Virus record (IMG/VR): IMGVR_UViG_3300021086_000010
Span: 1 to 40,920 of that record
From: a virus
Lineage: Duplodnaviria; Caudoviricetes
Reading direction: 5' to 3' (one strand)
DNA: 40,920 bases
Part shown: positions 33,295-40,920 of the stretch, piece after piece
Numbering within the stretch: the first letter of the stretch is position 1
Layout of the letters: every line of letters begins with the position of its first letter
Position numbers and translations under genes: made by a program
Notes under the pieces: generated by a model
Told to the model about the DNA's origin: nothing
What the model saw: the letters and a program-made list of their open reading frames with translations, nothing else
Database searches by the model: none

Positions 33295-33323
33295 GTTATA
33301 CATGAAGCCAAGGAGGCTGTCAA
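33295..33323 (-). promoter_or_regulatory. Sigma70-type promoter for the recombination operon
   Basis: TTGACA (33323-33318), 17-nt spacer, TATAAC (33300-33295); shares CTTGACAGC with the promoter at 2735. Confidence 0.75.
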
Positions 33324-33431
33324 GATGCGCCTGTTCCGGAGAGTGAAGTGCTGGGTCTTACACGAAAAGTACAGAGTTTATCTGGTTGCCGCCGGACGCT
33401 CTATGCTGTTCTACTGCGAGAGGTGCAGAAG

Positions 33432-33656
33432 ATGATCTGGCTGATGGTGGCGTCCCTCTGGCTAGCTTTTGCATTGACTCTAATCCACTTCTGGTCAGCT
33501 ATGTTGACCTGGAAGCGGCGCTACCTGCGACTCCGAGCCACCTGCCGGATCTTCCTCCACGAGATGGAAAAGCATCCAGGCAGATCATGGGAATCAGAGC
33601 GCTGGGATGAGTTTGATCAAGCCATCAAAGACTCTGGTCCGCGCTCTCTTAACTGA
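33432..33656 (+). CDS. Membrane-anchored hypothetical protein
   Basis: GAGG RBS; N-terminal TM segment. Confidence 0.65.
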   Translation: MIWLMVASLWLAFALTLIHFWSAMLTWKRRYLRLRATCRIFLHEMEKHPGRSWESERWDEFDQAIKDSGPRSLN

Positions 33657-33669
33657 CAAGGAGAAGAAC

Positions 33670-33921
33670 ATGAACAAGTGGGAGAACCTTGAAGGCTTCA
33701 CCTACGAAATGGGGGTAGGCAAGCGCAAGAGCAGCAACAAGTGGTACGTCGTCTGCAAGGTGTTCAACCCCAATGGAGAAGTGGTGGATGAGAAGTTCCT
33801 CGATGATGGGGGCTACGACAGCCAGAAGAAGGCCCTGGAGCGCTGCGCTAAGGAATGTACCCGGATGGTAAAAGTCATGAACCAGAACGGAATCGAGACT
33901 AAAGTCTTGGAAGTGGTCTAA
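33670..33921 (+). CDS. Hypothetical protein
   Basis: AAGGAG RBS before ATG 33670; GC3-biased codons. Confidence 0.8.
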   Translation: MNKWENLEGFTYEMGVGKRKSSNKWYVVCKVFNPNGEVVDEKFLDDGGYDSQKKALERCAKECTRMVKVMNQNGIETKVLEVV

Positions 33922-33990
33922 GGAGGGGGTATATAGCATAACGGGACCAAGAAGAAGAGGCTTGGCAAGAAAGGACGAAGAGAGCAGAAG

Positions 33991-34218
33991 ATGAAAGCAG
34001 TACCCCTAGATCGTGATGAGCAAGGCAGAGCGATTTCGTGGCCGGTCTTCTGGCCAATGCGACCAACGGCCCAAGTACTCTACCTTGGTAACGTATCCGG
34101 CAAGTTCGCCACTTGTGGCTCGCTTGCAGCATCTTCATTATACCCGATCTCCGATCGACGCCGTCAAGTCCTTCCGCGTCATCCTCTGAGAAAGGCTGCT
34201 TTCCATGAAGAGATATGA
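33991..34218 (+). CDS. Hypothetical protein (start uncertain)
   Basis: Fills the operon gap and overlaps the next gene. Confidence 0.45.
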   Translation: MKAVPLDRDEQGRAISWPVFWPMRPTAQVLYLGNVSGKFATCGSLAASSLYPISDRRRQVLPRHPLRKAAFHEEI

Positions 34219-34399
34219 TCCGGCCATAAGGTGCAGTGCCCCCCGTCATCATGGGTGCTCGGACTGCGCGCATCGTTGTGACTTTCCTGCGGAATTTGAC
34301 GACGGCTTCTGTCGCTATCACGAAAGGACCAAGCCCGCTTGGAAACGGGCAGCGACTAAGCTGGTGGGAGCGCCAGCGAGATTCGAGTATCGTAAATGA
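34205..34399 (+). CDS. Small Cys/His-rich protein
   Basis: C..CSDCAHRC...FCRYH; ATGA coupling to rusA. Confidence 0.65.
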   Translation: MKRYDPAIRCSAPRHHGCSDCAHRCDFPAEFDDGFCRYHERTKPAWKRAATKLVGAPARFEYRK

Positions 34400-34806
34400 G
34401 AGACACCATGATTTCACTCACTTCCGAACCCGCCCGGGTCGCCTTCACCGTTCAGGCCACCCCCATCTCCACCAACATGGCCTATAGGCTAACCAAGGCC
34501 AAGATCGGAAACTTCGCTCGGATGTACTTGTCGGCGGCGGCGAAGTCCTTCAAGGAGATGGTTTCCTTGAAGGCGACGCTGGCGAGACCGAAGGGTTGGC
34601 CTCTCGATCGGCGTTATTTTGTTGGGGTAGACTTCTATTTCAGAGACAACCGTCCGGATTCAGATGGCCCGTTGAAACTGGTACTTGACGCGATGGAGGG
34701 CTGCCTGTACAAGAACGATCGGCAGGTTGACGAAGTTCGCTATCGGCGCTTTGTCGATGCTGCCTCTCCCCGAGTGGAGATTAGCGTTTTACTGAGGACA
34801 AAATGA
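34396..34806 (+). CDS. rusA: RusA-family Holliday junction resolvase
   Basis: PISTNMAY, RPDSDGPLKLVLDAMEG..YKNDRQV, PRVEI. Confidence 0.92.
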   Translation: MRDTMISLTSEPARVAFTVQATPISTNMAYRLTKAKIGNFARMYLSAAAKSFKEMVSLKATLARPKGWPLDRRYFVGVDFYFRDNRPDSDGPLKLVLDAMEGCLYKNDRQVDEVRYRRFVDAASPRVEISVLLRTK

Positions 34807-35102
34807 ACGAGATCGAGAGAAGCGTAAGGATGTTGACCGGGTTGGCGGCAGCGATTGAGGCAGTCCTATCCAGGCACAGGGTCGAGGGAACTCCTGAGGG
34901 CGGGATCGTCCACAAACGGGGCCTCAAGTCAACCCCTGGAGAGCAGAACACACTTTGCAGCGAGGGAGATGGAGAGCCTATTCTTTCCCGGAAACTCTGC
35001 CGGTATCACTACTACAAGGCACGTCGGGAAGGAATCAAGGAGAAAACCTGGAAGCCACGGAAGGGAGCCAAGCGAAATGGGGCTTCCACTCCCGCTACCT
35101 GA
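34803..35102 (+). CDS. Hypothetical protein with C..LC..HY motif
   Basis: ATGA coupling; RKLCRYHY. Confidence 0.7.
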   Translation: MNEIERSVRMLTGLAAAIEAVLSRHRVEGTPEGGIVHKRGLKSTPGEQNTLCSEGDGEPILSRKLCRYHYYKARREGIKEKTWKPRKGAKRNGASTPAT

Positions 35103-35595
35103 CGGTTTCGACCGGCAAGCCTCTGCCGATTTGGAGTGGTATTTTGTGGAATCTCGGGCGGAGCAGGCTGGCCTACGCAGTAACCAGGGAGCCATAGAGC
35201 GCGCCCTGGAAAGCGGTCTTCAGGTAGTTGGTCCCGACGGAGTAGCCCTACGGCCCAAACAGCTCCGGGCCATCCGTCGGGCCAGAATGATTGAACGGAG
35301 GCTGATGCAGGTGCCAGACGATCCCCTGACTATACTGGTCCTCGCCCACCGCGACGAGCACCGGCTGCGGGGGATCGGGCCTCGGGGAGTCTTGTACGCC
35401 CACCTCCCCGTTGCCAAGGCCTCCTACGAGGCCGCAGGAGCTCCGCTGACGCTTCTGGACTGGCTGGCCATGTTGGCGGCCAGGGCCACCCGGAAATCGC
35501 TCAGCAAGGCCGACAAGCGGCTTCTGCGGCAACTCCGGGATCAGGCCGAACGTCTGTATGGGAAGGCACTGGAGTATTTTGCTGCGGTGCGTTAG
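35077..35595 (+). CDS. Helical basic protein, possible transcription regulator (antiterminator-like position after rusA)
   Basis: GGAG RBS; ADLEWYF motif; function inferred from position only. Confidence 0.65.
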   Translation: MGLPLPLPDGFDRQASADLEWYFVESRAEQAGLRSNQGAIERALESGLQVVGPDGVALRPKQLRAIRRARMIERRLMQVPDDPLTILVLAHRDEHRLRGIGPRGVLYAHLPVAKASYEAAGAPLTLLDWLAMLAARATRKSLSKADKRLLRQLRDQAERLYGKALEYFAAVR

Positions 35596-35877
35596 ATGAT
35601 TAGACGCTCCATCCGCCAACGGCATAGAGACCAAGCTCAACTGCAGTCGCAGTACACCATCTCCGAGCTCTCCGAGATGAGCGGGCTTCCTACTGCCCGA
35701 CTCCGGGGCCTGCTGAAGCGCAAGCGGATGGTGTTAGATCGACAGGGAAAGCGGAATTATGTAGTGTACCTGCACATGCTGATCTCCAAGGCTCCGGAGC
35801 TGTGGCGGAGTATCTTGGAGAGAGAGCGGCTACGGAGGCAGCCTACTCCTCCCTCTCCCGATCTGGACGAGGAGTAA
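35596..35877 (+). CDS. HTH DNA-binding protein (MerR/excisionase-like)
   Basis: YTISELSEMSGLPTARLRGLLKR followed by wing strands. Confidence 0.8.
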   Translation: MIRRSIRQRHRDQAQLQSQYTISELSEMSGLPTARLRGLLKRKRMVLDRQGKRNYVVYLHMLISKAPELWRSILERERLRRQPTPPSPDLDEE

Positions 35878-36178
35878 TTCCTCGACACTGCTCACACTGA
35901 TACGTTTCCCCGGTACCTGGCAGAAAGACGGTCTGCATCTCCTCGATTGGCTTCTGCTGACCGCAGTTATCGCATTCGCGGGTGGCCATCAAGCTTGCTA
36001 GATCCGCATCTGGAATACCGGCTCCTTGCAGGTCATCCCATGAAATCAGCAGCGGATCGGCGCCATCATCGTCCTTGAATTCCACCCGGTAGGCGCAGAC
36101 TGCGTTTAGTTTGATTACCCGTTGAATGCGCGCCTCGCGGCCGAGCCGCTCCGCTACCAACTCCTCGAAAGTAGTCAT
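35843..36178 (-). CDS. Hypothetical protein with C-terminal Zn ribbon
   Basis: CDNCG...CEQC; GGAGG RBS, ATGA coupling. Confidence 0.7.
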   Translation of the reverse strand: MTTFEELVAERLGREARIQRVIKLNAVCAYRVEFKDDDGADPLLISWDDLQGAGIPDADLASLMATRECDNCGQQKPIEEMQTVFLPGTGETYQCEQCRGITPRPDREREE

Positions 36179-36477
36179 TTTGCCTCCTCTTGTTTCCCGG
36201 AAAGGTCCAGGGCGGCGAGAGCGGCGTCGACACTAAGCAGCGTCTCGCAAGAATCGTCACACTGCGCCCTGCCGATAAGATGATCTCGCACCTCTCTTAG
36301 CAGCTTCACCAGGTCAAATCCGGAGGAAGCGCGAGCGCACAGCCCTCGCGCGTAGGCGGCGGTCAAGTAAGTCTTGATGCACGATGGATCCTCAGCCAAC
36401 GCCTCGGCCCATTCCTCGGGCGTCATGTTCAGCCCGGCATCTGGATCATTGTTGAGTGCCTTCTTCTCGTTTTCCAT
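36175..36477 (-). CDS. Hypothetical protein
   Basis: GGAGG RBS before ATG 36477. Confidence 0.7.
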   Translation of the reverse strand: MENEKKALNNDPDAGLNMTPEEWAEALAEDPSCIKTYLTAAYARGLCARASSGFDLVKLLREVRDHLIGRAQCDDSCETLLSVDAALAALDLSGKQEEAK

Positions 36478-36692
36478 GCTAAATTCTTCCTCCATGTCGA
36501 GTGACCGTTTCCATCCGGATAGCCGGCCCTTCTTCGCTGACACCATCCCTCGCTGCCGCACCACTGCCATCTTCTCGTACATGGGCAGGAAGCGTAAGCC
36601 CTTTCCGGACGAAGCGGAGGCAATCTGGGTGATCGACTGCCTGTTCGGCGGCCGTTTGCTCTTCGTCTCTGACCTCGACCATCCGGGCTGGT

Positions 36693-37178
36693 TTATTGTG
36701 CAACAGCGGCCTTAGCCTTATGTCCCAGCCGAATCCGCTCTCCAGGGACCAAGTAAGTTCGCGGCTTAGGGGGGTGATTTCCTTTGCTTCGAGAAATAGG
36801 CTGCTTTCGCTTGCTCCGTGCTCCGAGGGTCTGGGAGGGTGGGGGAACGCTCAGTCGGTAGATGCCAGGAATAAACTTGCCGGTCTTGTCGAATTGGCGG
36901 AGCATGTCTCGGGTGATCCCGGCTGGAACGTAGCGCTCAGCCAGTCCATTGCGGATGGTGTAGCAGACTCCTCGGGAGATCAGCGCTCCATCCAGTTCCA
37001 TCTCCGTTTTGCAGGTTCGCGCGAGTGGGCACTGGTCCGGAGTGACCGAAGCTCCGTGAATGAAGCGCTGGGTAACGTCTAGATAAATCTCCCGCTCTGC
37101 ATCTTGGACCTTAGTGGCCTTTATGTGATACGAGCGAATCACGGCCAAGGCTTGCTGTTGACTTTGTTTGCTACTCAT
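36693..37178 (-). CDS. Hypothetical phage protein
   Basis: GAGGAG RBS; CPLAR.C and FDK.G.F.PG.Y.L..PP motifs; basic tail. Confidence 0.8.
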   Translation of the reverse strand: MSSKQSQQQALAVIRSYHIKATKVQDAEREIYLDVTQRFIHGASVTPDQCPLARTCKTEMELDGALISRGVCYTIRNGLAERYVPAGITRDMLRQFDKTGKFIPGIYRLSVPPPSQTLGARSKRKQPISRSKGNHPPKPRTYLVPGERIRLGHKAKAAVAQ

Positions 37179-38397
37179 ACTTCTCCTCTTCTTCGGTCAC
37201 CACTTGGCGCCGAATGATGATTCCGTTATCCTTCTGGTACAGACAGTAGGTAATTCCGGCCTGTTCCATTTGCAGTTTAAGCCACTTGCCGATCGGGGCC
37301 TGCTCTTTCTGCTCCGGCTTCTGCTGAAGTGCGTTGACCAAGTTTGCCGTCGGTTCTACGGACTGCCGCTTGCGCGGTCGGTAGCTCTTAGCGAGATACT
37401 TCCGATTCGCGTTTTTGATGATCGCCTTAGCCAGACTGGCGATGATTCTCTGGGCGTCCTCTCGGTTCCAGGTCAGGCGCCGGCCTTTGCCTACTTGAAT
37501 CTTGCCGGTGGGCTTGATTTCCAGTAGCTTGGCATGCGCCAAGACACTGGTGTTGGACCGTTTCGCTTCTTCTGCGATGTGCTGAGTAGTTACGATGTTC
37601 TGATCCATTCTCCTTTTCACCTCCTTTTCTTTCTTTTCCTTCTCATTATACCATTTCACCCATCGGGCAGTTGCTGCCAGTTGGGCACTCTCCTGCCGAG
37701 ACATCTTCCCCGGCGGTCTGGGGGCCTCTCCCCCAGACGCTCCCTCCGCGTCTGGCGCAGGGGCACCAGCTTCGGCTGGCGCGGAATTCTGGTTACCCGA
37801 AATCGGGACCGGGGAAATTGAAATAGGGGGGCCGGTCACTACCCCGGCAACCTCCGGCTTAAGTAGCCGGTGCTCGTGGAGCTCCTCCGCTAGCAGTGCG
37901 TCCACTGCTGCGCTTGGCGCGTGTGAGCTTCCCCCTAACTCTTGGTGTCCACCGGGATAGTTATCCCCAACGAAATGGGTGATCTGCACTGCCCGCTTCA
38001 ACTCGTCATTGTATGACTTTCGGGCGATCGCTTGCCGGAGGGTAAACTTCTCCGGCTTGACTGGCTTTCCAACTGAAGCGACGCCCGGTTCCCAGGGCTT
38101 ATCTCCACAGCCACCCAGTCGCTCAGGCCGATGATGGAGCGGTTCATTTCGTTCCCGCATGGCATCGGCCAGTTGCCCCCACTGCGCGATTGGGAGCCTG
38201 ACCCGGCCGCAAGCGCATCGCTCCCGAGCGAGTTTCTTGAACGGGGTGCGCATTCTTTCGGTGTATACAAGCGGTTCGCCAGCTGCATCCATTGCGTCAG
38301 TAAACGAGGTGCGATCCCAAACGCTCTCGCCGCCGGGTGTAGTGGTCTCGTCAATCTTGGAGTGAGGCTGCCATTGAGTCTTCTGTCCTTTCGTCAT
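37171..38397 (-). CDS. Multi-segment hypothetical protein; probable internal start at 37608 giving a 145-aa putative DNA-binding protein
   Basis: 408-aa open frame with ATGA coupling; internal AAGGAGGTGAAAAGGAGA-ATG. Confidence 0.7.
   Translation of the reverse strand: MTKGQKTQWQPHSKIDETTTPGGESVWDRTSFTDAMDAAGEPLVYTERMRTPFKKLARERCACGRVRLPIAQWGQLADAMRERNEPLHHRPERLGGCGDKPWEPGVASVGKPVKPEKFTLRQAIARKSYNDELKRAVQITHFVGDNYPGGHQELGGSSHAPSAAVDALLAEELHEHRLLKPEVAGVVTGPPISISPVPISGNQNSAPAEAGAPAPDAEGASGGEAPRPPGKMSRQESAQLAATARWVKWYNEKEKKEKEVKRRMDQNIVTTQHIAEEAKRSNTSVLAHAKLLEIKPTGKIQVGKGRRLTWNREDAQRIIASLAKAIIKNANRKYLAKSYRPRKRQSVEPTANLVNALQQKPEQKEQAPIGKWLKLQMEQAGITYCLYQKDNGIIIRRQVVTEEEEKYE
37645..37653 (-). promoter_or_regulatory. 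Extended -10 promoter inside the 408-aa ORF
   Basis: TGGTATAAT is a perfect TGnTATAAT, ~37 nt upstream of internal ATG 37608. Confidence 0.55.
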
Positions 38398-38684
38398 TGT
38401 GGCTCCCTCTGTCCGGTGAGCATCCGGATCCCCAGCTCAGCCGCCGCGATGATTCGCTCGATGATTGGCTGATACTCTGCGATCAATCTACCCTCTAAGG
38501 CCTGAGCATCCTCCCGGATCGCCTGTAAACAAAGCAAGACGTTATGCGTCAATTCCGCTACCTCGCTGAGGACGATCTGGCTGGTTTCGGTCTCGCCGGT
38601 TTCTATCTCTATCTCCCGAACCTCGGTGGTGGCCCCTTTCGATCTTGGCTGCGGCCCAGCGACATTGATCTTGACTCTGGCCAT
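38394..38684 (-). CDS. Hypothetical protein
   Basis: TAGATG coupling; lies in the operon. Confidence 0.7.
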   Translation of the reverse strand: MARVKINVAGPQPRSKGATTEVREIEIETGETETSQIVLSEVAELTHNVLLCLQAIREDAQALEGRLIAEYQPIIERIIAAAELGIRMLTGQREPQ

Positions 38685-39113
38685 CTATTGTTCTTTTACT
38701 TCGACCTTATCCCGCTTGTCAAGTCTCGCCGCCTCGGCGATCTGGGCCTTGAGCCACTTGACCATCAGCCGATAGCGCTTCTTCTTCGCCTCCGGCGCAT
38801 TGGACCTGCGCAGGAGCTTGTCGTTTTGTTCTTGAGCCTGGTGGAGTTCTCTAGGAGAGAGCCCCAACCGCTGCCAGGTCTGTTGGACAGTCCTCTGGAT
38901 AGATGGCCAGCCAAATAGAGCATCTTTCAGGGAGAAAACCTCGTATCCCACATCGTTCAGAGCGAGAGGGGCCAGCTTTTTCCGGAGAGCCTGCGACAGT
39001 GGTTTTCCCAAAACGCAGCCGCACTTGCCTCCGTCGTCTACATAGAAGCCAGAGGTAAGCTTGTGCTCGGTTTTAGGCAGAGCCTGCAACTTCTTGAGCA
39101 ATTTCTGGTACAT
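38685..39113 (-). CDS. Basic hypothetical protein
   Basis: GAGGAGG RBS before ATG 39113; CGCVLG motif. Confidence 0.75.
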   Translation of the reverse strand: MYQKLLKKLQALPKTEHKLTSGFYVDDGGKCGCVLGKPLSQALRKKLAPLALNDVGYEVFSLKDALFGWPSIQRTVQQTWQRLGLSPRELHQAQEQNDKLLRRSNAPEAKKKRYRLMVKWLKAQIAEAARLDKRDKVEVKEQ

Positions 39114-39190
39114 CGTTATCCTCCTCGGAGGTAACACCCTCCACCATGCGCCTCTTGAGAGTGGCGCAGGGTGGCAAGGTGCTGTTTATA
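39114..39190 (-). promoter_or_regulatory. Two-hairpin early intergenic element
   Basis: TTGC, CACCCTGCGCC/GGCGCATGGTG, GGAGG..CCTCC, GAGGAGG. Confidence 0.7.
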
Positions 39191-39213
39191 TCACGGGCTT
39201 TGAGCGTTGTCCA

Positions 39214-39693
39214 CTAGTTGGGATAGTCCTTGGGCTTGATCGGACTTTCGGGCACTCCTCCCTCTGGTTTCTTGCTGATTCTGACTGCCTGCACATTCAC
39301 GCCGGGTAAGCCCTTGAGCATCGTCAGTAGGTTGCGGATTTCCGCAGGCATATCTAGCGGGAATGTGTCGTCGTCTTTGGGTTCCGGCCGGTCCCGGAAA
39401 ACTCCGATGACCATCGGATTTGCCCGCATGGCTTCGAGTCCGGCCAAGGTCTCGTCCAGCCAGACGATCATGCAGATTAGGCAAGTACGCCGGTCGGCGC
39501 TCTCCTGATGTGGGCAGGGCTTGAACTTGAACAGGAAACTGGATGCTCTGACTGCCTCGCTGAACGAGGGAACCAGCTGCTGATGCCATTCGACCAACTT
39601 GCCGAATTTCGCTCTGGCCTCATTGCGCCGTTCGGGGGTTGACCCGAACATATTCCGCAGGGTGGCCTCGGCCAGTTCTTTGGGGTGGAACAT
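39214..39693 (-). CDS. Hypothetical protein with CPH...CxxC
   Basis: GGAGGAGGGTAC RBS before ATG 39693. Confidence 0.75.
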   Translation of the reverse strand: MFHPKELAEATLRNMFGSTPERRNEARAKFGKLVEWHQQLVPSFSEAVRASSFLFKFKPCPHQESADRRTCLICMIVWLDETLAGLEAMRANPMVIGVFRDRPEPKDDDTFPLDMPAEIRNLLTMLKGLPGVNVQAVRISKKPEGGVPESPIKPKDYPN

Positions 39694-39765
39694 TTTGAGT
39701 ACCCTCCTCCGGAGCATCATGCTCCAGACTGGCTACAAAGATGCAGCCAGTGTGCAGAATGATGT
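39694..39765 (-). promoter_or_regulatory. Two-hairpin early intergenic element
   Basis: CTGC, ACTGGCTGCA/TGTAGCCAGT, GGAGCA-TGA-TGCTCC, GGAGG. Confidence 0.7.
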
Positions 39766-39960
39766 TTAGATGTACTGACTTCGTGGGATACGGGGTGCGA
39801 GATAGCAGTCCTCTTCCCCGCATATGGAGCAAACCATCGGTTCTTTCTTGGTCCAGCGCCGGGCTGGCTTGCGCTTCTTCTTGGTGCCAGTGTCGGTCGC
39901 GGTATCCTCATCCGATTGGACGATCGTCTCCACTTCCGCTTCTTGGAATTGTGATTTCAT
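39766..39960 (-). CDS. Small hypothetical protein with CxxC
   Basis: GAGGG RBS; start overlaps the upstream stop; CSICG..DC. Confidence 0.65.
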   Translation of the reverse strand: MKSQFQEAEVETIVQSDEDTATDTGTKKKRKPARRWTKKEPMVCSICGEEDCYLAPRIPRSQYI

Positions 39961-40223
39961 AGTCCCTCTATTTTGCTCAAGGCGGCGAACTTTGAATCAT
40001 CGATCAGCTTTTCCAGCGACTCTTTCAATTTGGCCAGCCGTTCTTTTTCGGCCAAGGCCAGCCGATCGAATCGAACCAACCGCATGGTCTCCTCGCCCTT
40101 TCGCCGCTCCTCGACCAGCCGATTGATCAGAAGCTCGTGATCGTCGGGCAGATCGAGGAGAGAGAAGCGAATCTCAGTGGAGTCCGATTCGGACGACAGT
40201 TTCCTCTTCCTCGGTGTTGACAT
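39957..40223 (-). CDS. Coiled-coil hypothetical protein
   Basis: GAGGGTAC RBS. Confidence 0.7.
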   Translation of the reverse strand: MSTPRKRKLSSESDSTEIRFSLLDLPDDHELLINRLVEERRKGEETMRLVRFDRLALAEKERLAKLKESLEKLIDDSKFAALSKIEGL

Positions 40224-40266
40224 CCGGTACCCTCTTCTCGGTGTAGCCTAGGCAGTAAGCAGCGGA

Positions 40267-40464
40267 TTAGTCCCACTCGATCCTTCCATCATCGAAGATA
40301 GTTCCCCAACCCTGGCAGGGATCTTCGAACCGCCTGCCCTCTTCGGGCAAGCGAGCTCGCTTCCGCCGAGGCAACCGCTCTTCGGAAGAGCGCTCGAAGG
40401 ATTCCTGCTGCTCGTTGAAAATCGGATTGGTGATCTCGGGCATGGGAATCGACAAGTCTTTCAT
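40267..40464 (-). CDS. Hypothetical protein
   Basis: GAGAGGGTACCACA-ATG at 40464. Confidence 0.7.
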   Translation of the reverse strand: MKDLSIPMPEITNPIFNEQQESFERSSEERLPRRKRARLPEEGRRFEDPCQGWGTIFDDGRIEWD

Positions 40465-40549
40465 TGTGGTACCCTCTCCGGGCCTTTGGCTAGGTAAGGC
40501 GAGCCCGACCCTGCGCAAGACGAGTCATTCCTGCGCAGAGGCAAGTCGC
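40465..40549 (-). promoter_or_regulatory. Two-hairpin early intergenic element (divergent second stem)
   Basis: TTGC, CTCTGCGCAGGA/TCTTGCGCAGGG, GGGC..GCCC, RBS. Confidence 0.6.
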
Positions 40550-40732
40550 TTATCTGTGCTCCACCCGGCCGTCTTGGTGGACCCGAATGGTGTGTCCGCA
40601 GCCGGTATCGAAGTCGCGGAATGACGATTTGCCCGTCTCGGCGTTTTCGGCCAGCTTGCGCTTCAGGCAATTCGCGTAGGCCAATTCCTCGGCATCGAGC
40701 TCGACCGGAACGATTGGCTTCTTGGTATCCAT
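40550..40732 (-). CDS. Hypothetical protein
   Basis: GGAGGGTAGCACCA-ATG at 40732. Confidence 0.7.
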   Translation of the reverse strand: MDTKKPIVPVELDAEELAYANCLKRKLAENAETGKSSFRDFDTGCGHTIRVHQDGRVEHR

Positions 40733-40738
40733 TGGTGC

Positions 40739-40806
40739 TACCCTCCTGCTGGAGCATGAGCGCTCCGGGATGCCCACGACTCACGTGGGACACCCGCAAC
40801 GTTCAG
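40739..40806 (-). repeat. 68-bp exact direct repeat, copy 2
   Basis: Identical to 1940-2007. Confidence 0.95.
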
Positions 40807-40920
40807 ATTCTTACCCTCGACCGTGACCACGACCACGACCCCGCCCACGACCTCGACCCCGCCCACGACTCCGCTCCCAACCTCGACCCCGCCCATGACC
40901 ACGCCCACGACCTTGACCCC
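40803..40920 (-). CDS. 3' part of the junction-spanning RS/W-repeat peptide
   Basis: Reads GSRSWAWSWAGSRLGAESWAGSRSWAGSWSWSRSRVRI-TGA; in frame with 92..1 when the ends are joined. Confidence 0.75.
   Translation of the reverse strand, partial: GSRSWAWSWAGSRLGAESWAGSRSWAGSWSWSRSRVRI

Noticed and set aside
33920-33990. Stop-codon readthrough or recoding (strong SD, then ATA-TAG in frame with 33991)
   Set aside because: A single instance; TAG serves as a normal stop for many genes here, so genome-wide recoding is unsupported. A local mutation is possible but cannot be tested from the sequence alone.
1940-40806. 68-bp repeats as phage terminal repeats or attL/attR
   Set aside because: They are internal, coincide with an intergenic element that has five more diverged copies, and no integrase or host flank is visible.

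Overview
The window appears to be an essentially complete ~40.9 kb circular or circularly permuted genome of a tailed, podovirus-like phage. An Arg/Ser/Trp-repeat ORF runs in frame from the left end into the right end. A rightward block (4657-28542) carries a phosphatase/glycosyltransferase/methyltransferase cluster, terminase, P22-type portal, scaffold, major capsid, tail tube proteins, ejection proteins, two tail fibre/spike genes and a lysis cassette. The cassette has a lysozyme, holin candidates and a unimolecular spanin, which implies a Gram-negative host; a few features weakly hint at Myxococcota. Leftward blocks hold recombination genes (ERF, PD-(D/E)XK nuclease), an atypical tRNA-Met(CAT) and many small early genes. 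A short rightward island carries rusA. I could not recognise a DNA polymerase, primase, helicase, integrase or repressor. Most unusual features: (1) both tail fibre/spike proteins start with Sec-type signal peptides and end in Cys-rich domains; (2) a small diglycine-ending ubiquitin-like gene is coupled to a Cys-containing partner, with no E1 or JAB gene; (3) a coiled-coil gene is followed by a ~245-nt rod-like ncRNA, a non-canonical tRNA and an exact 34-bp copy of ERF coding sequence; (4) a two-hairpin element with conserved structure but variable sequence precedes at least seven early genes; (5) an Sm-like gene is coupled to an RS/W repeat peptide; (6) there is a ~500-nt structured early leader and a 28-bp-periodic palindrome array. 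All family assignments come from motif recognition by eye; no database search or folding program was run.
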